From the NCBI RefSeq assembly GCF_009914755.1, contig NC_060926.1: a DNA stretch of 64,000 bases, one strand, 5' to 3'. This DNA is from the human T2T-CHM13v2.0 reference genome, Homo sapiens. The stretch's first letter is position 1; every line of letters starts with the position of its first letter. The notes beneath the pieces are model-generated. The model was given only the letters and a program-made list of their open reading frames with translations, was not told the origin of the DNA and did no database searches. Both the position numbers and the translations under genes were made by a program. Positions 1 to 15,544 of the stretch are shown here, piece by piece.

Positions 1-929
1 CAGTTTTATTTTGTCATTTTGCTTGGGGTTCAGGGTTGGAGTTTATGCACCTGTAGAAGACTTAGCCATATCTTTTGAGGCCACATTTGTGTCTGATAAG
101 AGATTAAGTCTCCCTCTTCCCTTACCAGATGGTAATTTAGGCCTGGAGTTTTGTGATTAGTTAGGAAATAAATGGGGCTCAAACCCCCCTCTTCCTATCA
201 TGCACAGCTGTGTAAGACAACTGCTTGGTTAGAAGAGAGTAGCTCCTGGCTATAGCCCAGGGATGAGTCTCAGATACTCCTCCTCTTCAAGCCACTTTCC
301 TTTTCCACCTTCATGCCTTCATTCTCAAACTTCTAAAGAGTGACTCCTGTGATAGACTTCAGCCTCCTCTCTGCCTAGGCAGTCCTTATCCCTTTTGGAG
401 TTGCCACTCTTCTCAGACTGCTCCCCAAAAGTTGCCAACACCTACTCAACTTCAAACCCATCGGTCCTCACTTAGATCTCATCTTGTTTAGCTTACTGAC
501 CAGTAGTAATTCCTCCTCATGTCTTCCCTTGGCCTCTAGAACCAGGCTGTCTCCTGCTTCTACTCCTATGTCAAGCTCCATTATACCTCCTCTTTCTCAT
601 AAATACAGCATTCTTCAGGGCTCCAACACGCTAATGCTATACTGCCTTCCTAAATGGTTTAATGTATTTCCACAGTTTCAAATGTCATCCTTTTTGTTTT
701 TTGTTTTTTTGAGACAGGTTCTCAGTTCAGCCCAAGCTGAAGTCCAGTGGCGTGATCACAGCTCATTGCAGCCTCGACTTCCTTGTCTCAACTAACTTAT
801 TGCCTCAGCCTCCTGAGTAGCCAGGACTGCAGGCGCATGCCACCACACCCCACTAAACATATATATATGCCAGGCACGTGGCTCATGCCTGTAATCCCAG
901 CACTTTGGGAGGCCGAGGCAGGCGAATCA

Positions 930-1400
<471 letters not shown>

Positions 1401-1439
1401 TTATAGGCATGAGCCACTACACCCAGCCTCAAATATCTT

Positions 1440-2325
1440 TGAAAATGTTACCTATGCATAGGTGACCTCTCCGAGTTGTATACCTATATTTCCGCCTGAT
1501 GGGCCAATCCACACAGAAGTCTTAACAAGCCCCTCAAAGTTAATGTATTGAACACCTTTATTGGTTTGCCTCCCCTGTGTACTCCCCTTGATACCTGGGT
1601 TTACTTACTGGCATCACCATCCTTTCTGTCTTCAGCTTCATATATGTTCCACACTCTTCCATCTCCCACAGCCGCCATATTACATTGATATGCACCTCTG
1701 CCTCCTTTTCTATTGTTTCCATAGCTGTGGCTCAAGCTGCCATTATTTCTTATCTGAATTGCAGCAATGCTGCTGCCCCCACTGAAATCTCTTCCTACAC
1801 CCACTATGTCCTCCAGAATTCTTTTTCTAAATCACTAATCTGGATCTATCCTTCCCATCCACGATGTTTCCATATCTTCGGAATATATTCCAAATCCCTA
1901 TGCCCATTATCCAAAGGCCTTAATAATTTAGTCTCTCCTGCCTCTCCAGACACTGGATACTCTGCCAACAACAGTTTCTACTAGTTATCTGCGCAGTTTG
2001 GCTTCCAGCATTTTGCTCTGGCCTGAAGTGCCTTCTAATAGGCTAGGATGCTCAGCAATCATCTAGAAGAGTTCTGCCAATTCTATAATGCCTAACCGGA
2101 AATAAAACTGTTTCTCTTCGGCAAGAAGCCTTCCTCCAATTCCTCTCTTTTCCCCACCCTCTAGAATATTTCCATAGAACTTCCTCAGTACCTCTCTTAC
2201 AGCACTGATCTGTGTCTGCCCATATTCCTCCTGGAGTAGGCAAACAGAGAAATTATTTGTCTTTATATCTCCTGTCAACAGGGTTTTAGATCCAGGAAGC
2301 ATTCAATAAATGTTTGCTAAATATA
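1440..2325 (+). mobile_element. Degenerate L2 LINE 3' region
   Basis: Pyrimidine-rich L2-like body ending CATTCAATAAATGTTTGCTAAAT. Confidence 0.55.
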
Positions 2326-2684
2326 ATCACAAACACATCGGCGTTACTATATGATTGAAATTGGAGTTTTCCTGAGTTACTTGGGACAGTAGCTATGGCT
2401 TTATTCATCCATGTCTCTGGTCCTGCACATAGTGGACACTTAAAGGAAAACAGGTGCTTCACCCATCTTTTATCACTAGGGTTTAGAATTCCCATCAACT
2501 GAACTTGGTGTGCAGAAAACACACCTTGTGCCCCAGCCAGACTGAACCTTCTACACTCCTCAAGTATTCAAGCCCTATGCCAGTTTCAGGAGCTTACTAG
2601 TATTTGAGGTTCTTGAAAATTGGCCAGGCGCGGTGGCTCACACCTGTAATCCCAGCACTTTGGGAGGCTAAGGCGGACAGATCA

Positions 2685-2894
<210 letters not shown>

Positions 2895-3063
2895 TTAAAA
2901 AAAAGTGTTGTCCACCCATGATCTTTTGAATGGATTAAGCAGATATACAATAGGCATCATATCTGCTCGGTGATTTTCTAGAGAAAAGCAGATTCTCCAC
3001 GTGAGTGTTCTGTGGAAGTCAGTCAGATGTCAGCGAATGGTCCCTGAGACTTGGTGATGTGAT

Positions 3064-3790
3064 TGAAACCACTTTTGCAAAATCGTGACAGTGAGAGATA
3101 TCTAACATAGTTGACTCCATCCTACTTCTGACCTCCACGCTGTCTTTGGTTATTCCTGGGTATAGACTCAGCTATGTTTCACAATTTATAGTTTAACTTG
3201 AAAGCAAGGATGATAATAGTCCCTTTCTAAAACTAACCCCCTCCTTGCTTGGGGACCAAAACCACCTTTGTAAACCAACGAAAGACCACAAGAATAGGAT
3301 TATGAGAGGGGCCTGAACTCTGCTAAAAAGTAGTCAGTTTCTATAATCCTTTACTGCTCAGGAGTCATGTGGCCAGAGGTCTCAGATTTATGACTTCCCC
3401 AGTTGCTCCTATAGATAACATCACTGTTGTAAAGATTTTTTTTTGAGATATCTTTCATACTGATCCGATCTGAACTCGTGACTCATGGCTCTACTGGTCC
3501 TGTGGCCCTACCTAGAGGCAGACTCAGCACACGAGGAATGTCTTCCACACCCCTATGGTTTCATCCCCAACCAATCAGTAGCACTCATTCCCTATCCCCC
3601 TGCTTACCAAATTGTTCATAAAAACCCTAAGCTCTGAGCCTTCAGGGAGACTGGTTTGAGTGATAACTCTAATTCTTCCCTGTTGCCCACCTCCTGTCAA
3701 TTAAACACTTTCTCTGCTGCAATGCCACGGTCTCAGTGGATTGATTTTGTCTGTACAGTGGACAGGAAGAACCCACTGGGTGATCCAACA
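3064..3790 (+). mobile_element. LTR8-family (LTR8A/B-like) solo LTR
   Basis: TGAAACC…TTTGCAAAAT…GACTCCATC start and …GGAAGAACCC… end; homologous to 54205-55217 and 47757-48864. Confidence 0.75.
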
Positions 3791-4494
3791 CTTTGTTGCA
3801 TTTTTTTCTCTTAAAGAAATTTTTTTTTAAGAATTCCAGGGCAAACTGGTGGTAGTAGCCTGCAACTTTTTATTGAATAGTACTGCTCCTTGTGGAGCAG
3901 GGCTAACTCATAGGCAGTATGCCCAGTCAGCCAGGTAATTACACTTTGGTGGGCCTCTTTACCATCGGACCCAGACGGTTCTCACTTAGTCACTGCGTGA
4001 GCAGTCTAACGATACTGACTCTCTGCAGTTGCCCTCTGTCCAAATACTCCCCTTGACTCAACCTCCCAGTCAAGGAAAGCCTAGTTTCTTCCAGGTCACT
4101 TGTGTAACATGAGCATACCCTTATTTATCTCCAGCTTGTTGTGTAGATTAAATGAGCCATACACATAAAGGATGTGTTGCTTTTGAGCTTGCCTGTATCC
4201 ATCGTTTTTACAACTTCCATCTGTTTATTACCCTGGGCAAACTCAAGAATCTCTCTCTTCCTGGTATCACATTCTATACCACTGTCCCCACCCCAGCAGC
4301 ACCTATGCCAGGTGTGGCAGGAGACTCTAGGATGGTCCCGCGTGATCTCTTCCCAGTGGTCCTACCCTTATGTAGGAACCAAGGCAAAGGGATCATTCCT
4401 TTGCCTTGAGTGTGGGTAGGACCTGCGACTTTCTACTAACCAATGGCAAATGGCAGAGGTGGTGGGATGGCACTTCCTGTACGATGTTAACTTA

Positions 4495-5190
<696 letters not shown>

Positions 5191-5356
5191 TTTTTTTGTA
5201 GAGATGGGGTCTTGATATGTTGCCCAATCCGGTCTTGAACTCCTATGCTCAATCAATCTTCCCACCTCGGCCTCCTGAAATGCTGGGATTACAGGCGTGA
5301 GCCACCATGCCTGGCTTGTTTTCTTACCATAATATTTTTATATACCACAGTACCTA

Positions 5357-8053
<2,697 letters not shown>

Positions 8054-8116
8054 TCCGCATTTTTGTTGTAACACCTCTAATTCAGACATTGGTCAACTGC
8101 CTTTTGACCTTCCTAG

Positions 8117-8558
8117 CGTCAGAGATGATAAATTCCTCTTCAAAAGTTTTTAATTCCCTGTTCTTCCAGTTCTTTGTTTCTCTGGTTTCTATAGTTGCCC
8201 ATGCTGTAAACAACTCATCCCACCCTTGCTGCACCCTGACATGCCTGACAGGCCTAGACATGCATTATGTCATAAAGGATAGCCTTCCCCTTCCCACCTA
8301 GATAGCTGTGTTCAATTTCAAAGATTAGCCAATCAGGTCAGTTTAGACTGTGCGGTCCCACCCCAGCCAATGAAGACAGAACACAGCAGTAGGAACCAAT
8401 TGCATTAGGGATAAAAACCCCTGCCCCACCCTGCTCAGTGTGCTCTTGCAATCGTGACTGGCGCAAGCTGCACACTTCTGCGGAAGTAAATTTGCCTTGC
8501 TGAGAAAATTTCTGTTTGAGTGCTATTTCTTTTGCAGCACTGAAGCTTGTTTCTAACA
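8117..8558 (+). mobile_element. 5' LTR (LTR10 family)
   Basis: Runs (c)GTCAGAGATGATAAATT...TTCTAACA. Three CCAAT boxes, GATAAAA TATA-like box, AGTAAA poly(A)-signal variant at 8485. Roughly 90% identical by eye to 14170-14626. Confidence 0.9.
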
Positions 8559-8562
8559 AATT

Positions 8563-8580
8563 TGGGGGTTCGTCCAGGAT
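8563..8580 (+). other. Primer-binding site complementary to the tRNA-Pro 3' end
   Basis: TGGGGGTTCGTCCAGGAT versus canonical Pro PBS TGGGGGCTCGTCCGGGAT (2 mismatches), just after the 5' LTR. Confidence 0.85.
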
Positions 8581-9062
8581 TCCCATTCTCCTCTGGGGAA
8601 GGGTCCAGTCCTCTCCTGTGAGGAGGTGTGCCCTGCTGCCTCATTGCAGTGGACTCAGGGGTAAGGAATCAAGACCCACCTGGTGTGACGAATAAACCTG
8701 GACTCTCAGCAATGCAGGAAAAAACAGACCAACAACTTGGGAAAAAAAAAGAAAAAGATCATCATATACCATGGCAACCAGGTAACTCTGTGCACAGACC
8801 AAGGTAAGAAACATTACTGGGTTGACAACGTATTTCCTTGATTGTTGGGAGATCTTGGAGGTTGAAAGCTGTAAGTGTGTGAATAAGCACTACTAGCGTG
8901 CAGAGTGAGTTGAGTTCAATCTGTGGTTCCATGGTCACCTCATATGGCGGCCTTTCGAGGGTCCCATCAGGGGTTTATACTGATTCGCCAACGTTAAGAG
9001 GGACCCGATGTTCCCTTTGGGGAAGTGGCCAGAGAGGATGAAATGAAAGGAAAAGAGTGCAA

Positions 9063-9245
9063 GAAGCCCCCACCAGGGAGGGTTGAGCCTCTAGAGAAAA
9101 GGAAGGCAAGAAATCCCTAATACGAGGCATTGAGCCTCTAGAAGAAAGGAAAGGTGAGAAATCTCCAGTAGGGGGCACTGAGCCTCACACAAACCTCTAG
9201 TATTAGGGAAGGCAAAAAAATTTCCAGTAGGGGAAGTTAAGGTTC
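9063..9245 (+). repeat. About 48-bp degenerate tandem repeat (3-4 units) in the ERV leader
   Basis: Recurring ...cagtagggg...ttgagcctctaga(g)aa(a)aggaaggcaagaaat units upstream of gag. Confidence 0.65.
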
Positions 9246-9262
9246 ACCCCAAAACCATCAAG

Positions 9263-10780
9263 ATTGGAAATACCCCAAGTAAGACAGGAAGTAAAAAGGA
9301 TAAACCTAACAGCAATGATATTCCCCTTGATAGTCCCTTAGGTCTCATGTTAAAGTATTTGAAAGATAATAAAGGACTAAGCATAAGATAAAGCAACGAA
9401 TGATAAAATAGTTTTATTTGGACCCAGGAACCAATCCTCAAACCCTCAGTTTTGTGGACAAAATTTGGGTCAAATGAGTACTGGATTTGTCAGCTTCTAA
9501 TAGAACATGTTAATATCAAGAGTCTTGTTTCCCAAGAAGAGATAGATTATGCCTTGTTTTGGTGACAAGGACCTGTTCTTCTCTACCCCCCAAAACTCTA
9601 AAAGATAAGCGTAAGCCAGAGAATGTTTCCCCTAAGGAAACTGAAACTCTTAACCCCAAGCAATCTACACCTCGGACCTGCTAAATCACCTTCCCCCACC
9701 AAACACTCCTAACTTTCCTCCCCCTCAAGCAGCTGCTGTCCCAGACCCTTCTCCTACCCCCGTTGTTCCCCCTCCTTATAACCCTGCCTCTTGGGAATCA
9801 TCCCAAGAGCCCAATCACTACCAGCCTAAGTACCCTTCCCTAAAGGGACTTCAACGTGAAATAGAGAAATGTAAAAAAGATATTCAAAACTTCCCCAAAC
9901 TTCCCCTTCCCCTCTGCCTTAGGGGAATCAGCTCCAGCTCTCTTCCCCTTGAGGGAGGTGCCCCTAGGAGGAGGAGGCATTGGCTTTGTAAATGCTCCTT
10001 TAACCAGCTCAGAAGTACAAAACCTAAAAAGAGAGCTTAAGCCACTATTAGACAACCCTTACGGGGTAGCAAACCAAATTGACCACTTTCTAGGACCACA
10101 GTTACATACTTAGGCTGAGCTAATGTCCATCCTAGGCAACTTCTTCTCAGGAGAAGAAAGAAGCATCATTCGTAGAGCTGCTATGGTAGTCTGGGAACGT
10201 GAACACCCTCCTGGCCAAAACGTTCCTGCAGCAGATCAAAAATTCCCCTCCCAAGACCCCTGGTTGGACAATAACAATGCAGCCCACCAAGAAAATATGC
10301 AAGACCTTAGGGAAATGATAATAAAAGGAATTAAAAATCAGTACCCTGAACCTAGAATCTTACCCAAGCATTTCATATTCAGCAAGGGAAAGATAAAGGG
10401 CCTATAGAATTTTTAGACAGATTAAAAGAACAAATGAGAAAGTATGCAGGTCTAGATCTCGAGGATCCTCTTGGGCAGGGAATGTTAAAACTTCATTTTC
10501 TTACTAACAGTTGGACAGATATTTCAAAGAAATTACAAAAGATAGAAAATTGGAAAAACCGTCCCATGAGTAAACTTCTTAGGGAGACTCAAAAGTGTAC
10601 GTAAGAAGGGACGAAAAGAAACAACAGACAAAGCAGAAGGCAAAACTTCTGCTGTCAACCGTACCACACAGTACTCAGGGGGCGAGAACCTATAAAGAGC
10701 CTAGGCCCCCACTTTCCAAGCCATATAAAGAGCACCAAAAAGCGAAGCCTTCGAACTTAAAATTAGAAAAGGAAGAAAGG
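9263..10780 (+). pseudogene. ERV gag relic (MA, late domain, CA), truncated before the NC zinc knuckle
   Basis: (ATT)GNTPSK start with the ATG mutated; PPPY late domain at 9768-9779; MHR-like QQGKDKGPIEFLDRL at ~10380-10424; multiple stops and frameshifts. Confidence 0.85.
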
Positions 10781-11223
10781 ATCTCTTTGAAGGCTATAAT
10801 GCTTTGAAAACTGTGTTGGCAGTGTGGCATGACTGTTTAAAGTAGATAAAAGCTTGTCCTTTTACCCCATCCCGGCATGACTGTGAAGCTGGCAAGGAAA
10901 GAGGAAGAAAGGCAAGTTCGGCTGCAAGCTGGGCGGCTGGGACAGGTTGGCTGAGGGACCACTCTGGAGGGCTCTTGCGCCCGGCATTGCCCACTTCAGC
11001 CCAGCTGTGTGTTTACGGCAACCAGAGTCCCTGCAAAGGTGTGGCTGGCTGCAGTCAGGGCCTACTAGGACCGTCAGCACACTCCCGTCAGCGGCTCAGC
11101 TCCTCTCTGCTAGGCCAACTAATAGTGCTTTGTCCTGGGTAGGACATAGGGGCTGAGAGAGATGGGGGGAGACATAACACCCAGGAATGAAAATATGGAT
11201 TTAAAGAAGGAACCAGTAAGTAG

Positions 11224-12172
11224 GAGACACAAGTGAAATATAAAAACCGATCAGCTAGTATCAAATTTCTATTAATTCCAGAAGCAGGGACAAATCTATT
11301 AGGAAGGGATTTCATGCTAAAATTAGGCTTAGGACTCCAAATCAATCATGGAAAATTCCTCCCCTCTCTAAACTTGCTCACCACCGCAGATGAAGAACAC
11401 ATTCATCCCGAGGTATGGTCAAAAGACGGGAATAGAGGAAAGTTACAGATTCCTCCAATTCTTGTTAAATTAAAAACCCCTGGGGAAGTAGTAAAGCGAA
11501 AGCAATACCCTATTCCTTTAGAAGCCAGGGTAAATTTAAAACCTATAATTAAAGGTCTCCTCCGTGATGGGCTTCTTGAACCCTGTATGTCTCCCTATAA
11601 CACTCCGATACTGCCTGTAAAGAAGCCAGACAGGTCATACCGGTTAGTGCAAGACCTTAGAGCTATTAATCAGATAGTCCAAACTACACACACTGTTGTT
11701 CCCAATCCTTATACTGTTATCAGTAGGATCCCATACAGTCACCAGTGGCTTACAGTAATAGATTTAAAAGATGCCTTCTGGGCTTGTCCAATAGCAGAGG
11801 ACAGCCGAGACCTATTTGCCTTTGAGTGAGAAAACCCTCACTCAGTTTCTCAAAAACTATATATTAGGTCTGCCTTCTGCCCTTTCCTCCCTTAAGACTC
11901 AAGGCATTCTAGCCCAGACTCCACCTCTTGAATTTCCAGTTCACCAACACCAGCCTAGAGATCACGTCCTCATCAGGAGTTGGAAAGAAGGGAAGCTTGA
12001 GCCCACTTGGGAAGGACCTTATTTAGTGCTCTTAACAACTGAGACAGCAGTTCGGACCACCGAGAAGAGCTGGACTCATGACACTCAAGTTAAGCAGGCA
12101 CCACCGTTCCCAGAATCATGCACCATTGTTCCAGGACCAACTGTTTCCAAACTAAGTCTAAAGCAGGTTTAA
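11224..12172 (+). pseudogene. ERV pro (C-terminal half), RT N-terminus and integrase C-terminus, with most of pol deleted
   Basis: ORF 11233-11829 contains the protease LLGRD motif and RT motifs PYNTPILPVKKP, YRLVQDLRAIN and VIDLKDAF. ORF 11816-12172 contains the IN C-terminal WEGPY (GPY/F) motif. No YxDD, RNase H or IN core between them. Confidence 0.88.
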
Positions 12173-14150
12173 CCCTCTTATTCTGTATTTCTTTCCTTCC
12201 CTGCCCCCCACCATCGCTAGTCCCCTTATCATTAATGTAACCAAGTCAAGCTCACCCCAAACTATTACCTTTGATGCTTGCCTTGTTATACCCCACAGAG
12301 ATTTGTCAAGTCAAAAGCAACTCTCCACCTCAGAAAAGTATCTCTGTCCTTCCTGGCTCTCTTCAGATTGGGCATTTGTTAACTGGGATAAGTTAGTTAG
12401 GGAAAAGTTTGACAAAGATTCCAGTGTGAACCAGGAATCTTGTCCTCTTAGAGCAGAGCTTCTCTGCTGAAGTTGGTCCAATGTTCTATGAAATACTAAA
12501 GAGCAAGTATGAACCACCCCAACGAGTACTTGCAGTTTCTTAAAACCATATATTCATTTTACTAAAGGAATTACCCCTCCCCATTGTCAGCTGAACCAAT
12601 GTAATCCAGCACAGATTACCATCTCTGCTCCCCAGAGTTCTTCCCCTTCATTAAGCCATTTTTATGATATAGGAGCAGAAGTCTCAGGGAAGGACCCCAT
12701 AGGATCCTTTGAAATGTGCTTCATTGCTTCCCCACCTCCTGCACCCCCTTCTCCCTCTCCTAAGTTCTCTGCTAACCAAACCTTTTCTCGTTATATATCC
12801 AATGATAAAACCAAAGTAGCTGTTGTAGTGGTTAAAGATTTAAAACAAATTATAGCAATTGAAACACGGTATCAGGATGCAAATGCTTGTCTGGAATGGA
12901 TTAAATATTCTGTTCACAAGCTAAACAAAAGTGACTGTTATGCTTGTGCGACAGGCAGGCCAGAGACCCGAATTGTCCCCTTTCCACTTGGGTGGTCCAC
13001 TCATGGACTCTCATGACCAGGCATGAGCTGTATGGTAGCTCTCTTTCAGAACCCCACAGCCTGGGGTGATGAGTCATGCAAGACTCTTTCACTGCTGTTC
13101 CCTGAGGTCAAGAGCCCTGTGGGTCAGCCCTGAGGGCCATCTGGCCTCCAGTCTCTGATGTTAACTTCACCTCATGCCTTTCATGGCAGGGGGAAATGTT
13201 AGAATTCCTTGGAGACTTAACAGGGTGCAGTGAAACCAAGCCTTTTCAAGAGCTTACCAAGCAGTCTGCCCTTGTTCATCCCCGAGCAGGTACGTGGTGG
13301 TATTGCGGGGGACTATTGCTGGGTACTCTGCCAAGTAACTGGAGCGGCACTTACACTCTAATTCAATTGGCTATCCCTTTCACCTTGACATTTCATCAAC
13401 CAAGAAAGTTGAAAACAGAATATTTTAAAAAGAGAGATGTCTCTCACGGATCATTTGATCCTCATATTTATATAGACGCTACCAGAGTACCGTGAGGGAT
13501 ACCAGATGAATTCAAATCCTGAAATCAAATAGCTGCAGGATTCGAGTCTATATTGTTCTGGTGGTCAACTGTAAACAAGAATGTAGCTTAGATAAATTAT
13601 ATCTATTATAATCAACAACACTTTGTTAATTATACTAGAGATGCTGTTAAAGGAATAGTTGAACAATTAGGCCATACCAGCTAAATGGCCTGGGAAAATA
13701 GAATAGCCCTTGACATGATATTAGCTGAAAAATGTGGGGGTTGTGTCATGTTTGGAGTCCATTGTTGTACTTTTATTCCTAATAACACCATCCCCAATGG
13801 GACAATAAAAAAAGCCTTACAAGGTCTTACCTCCTTATCAAATTAGTTAGCTAAAAATTCTAGAATAAATGACCTCTTTACAAAGCCTCATGGAAAAATG
13901 GTTTGGAAAATGGAAAGGAATTATGACCTCAATACTCACCTCCCTTGTAATCATTATAGGCGTGCTCATTCTTGTAGGATGCTGTATCATATACTGCATT
14001 CATGGTTTAGTGCAAAGATTATAGAAACAGCTCTCACCAAAACCTCCCTTAGTTCACCCCCACCTTATTCAGATAAACTCTTCCTTCCAGATGCCCAAGA
14101 AGAACAACAGAGCTGAGATATGCTAATACATTTTGAAGAGGAAAAACTAT
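12170..14150 (+). pseudogene. ERV env relic (SU+TM), inactivated by many stops
   Basis: CxxC motif (DCYAC), KKR cleavage-site remnant, ISD-like AWENRIALDMILAEK at ~13688 and CX6CC (CVMFGVHCC), followed by a hydrophobic anchor region. Confidence 0.85.
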
Positions 14151-14169
14151 AAAATCTAGAGGGGGAAAT

Positions 14170-14626
14170 TGGCAGAGATGATAAATTCCTCTTCAAAAGG
14201 TTTTAATTCCCTGTTCTTCCATTTCTTTGTTTCTCTAGTTTCTCTAGTTACCCCTGCTGTAAACAACTCTTCCCACCCCTGCCGTGCCCTGACATGCCCT
14301 GAGAAGCCTAGATATGCCTTCGGATATGCCTAGACATGCATAATGGATAGCCTTCCCCTTCCCACCTAGATAGCTGTGTTCAATTTCAAACATTAGCCAA
14401 TTGGGTTAGTTTAGACTGTGCAGTCCCACCCCAGCCAATGAAGAAAGAACACAGCAGTAGGAACCAATTTCATTAGGGATAAAAACCCCTGCCCTACCCT
14501 GCTCGGTGTGCTCTAGCAATCGTGACTGATGCAAGTTGCATCCTTCTGCAGAAGTAAATTTGCCTTGCTGAGAAAATTTCTGTTCCAGTGCTATTTCTTT
14601 TGTGACACAAAAACTTGTTTCTAACG
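14170..14626 (+). mobile_element. 3' LTR (LTR10 family)
   Basis: Direct repeat of 8117-8558, preceded by the PPT and followed by the CTAG TSD. Confidence 0.9.
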
Positions 14627-15167
14627 CTAGCTCAGTCTTCAGTCCCCCTGCCACTTGCTAAATATCCTTGATGCTCTTCTAGTCTCTCTTTATTCTTCAA
14701 CTCTGACAACTTCCCAGCCCTGTCTCTGGCCCCATAAACAAACAAAGACTAAGGCTAAGCAGGAACATAGCAGAGGAATCCTCTGGGGAAGAGGAGGCAT
14801 CAGAATATGTGAAAAGCCAGATGTTGGCATGGAGAAATGCAGAAATTATTCTCTAAAACATGGCACTTGGGCATGCTGAGTATTTCTGAAAATTGAAATG
14901 CCTCGGAAATAAGCCCCAGAATCAAGGACCCTCTAATCTTGTATTGTTCTTTCTCCCCTCCCCTCCCCCAAAGTGCACAGACGGACTCTCTCTGAAATTT
15001 TCTTATCTAAACTAAGAAAGCTTCTTATCAAAAGAAACACAATTGCCTTCTAAACCCCTTACTGAAATCTCATTTCAGACCTAGGGATGTTTGAATTCCT
15101 AGGTGCAAAAGTAATTGCAGTTTTTGCATTTTTGGAATTTGCCATTTGATATTGGAATTCATTCTTA

Positions 15168-15544
<377 letters not shown>

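Larger units (their letters stand above)
8117..14626 (+). mobile_element. Defective class I (gamma-like) endogenous retrovirus, HERV-I/HERVIP10 group with LTR10-type LTRs
   Basis: Two direct LTRs, 4-bp TSD CTAG (8113-8116 and 14627-14630), PBS, PPT AGAGGGGGAAA (~14158-14168), and gag, pro, pol and env relics in order. Family name from recalled consensus. Confidence 0.9.

Noticed and set aside
1-700. Promoter or exon of the neighbouring gene (SAP130 by recalled synteny)
   Set aside because: No CpG island or recognisable coding sequence here, so it cannot be supported from the window.
11233-11829. Functional protease/RT (198-aa ORF)
   Set aside because: Lacks the protease DTG motif and RT YxDD, starts at GTG and ends in a premature stop.
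12170-14150. Domesticated syncytin-like env ORF
   Set aside because: Numerous in-frame stops and frameshifts; the longest fragments are ~100 aa.
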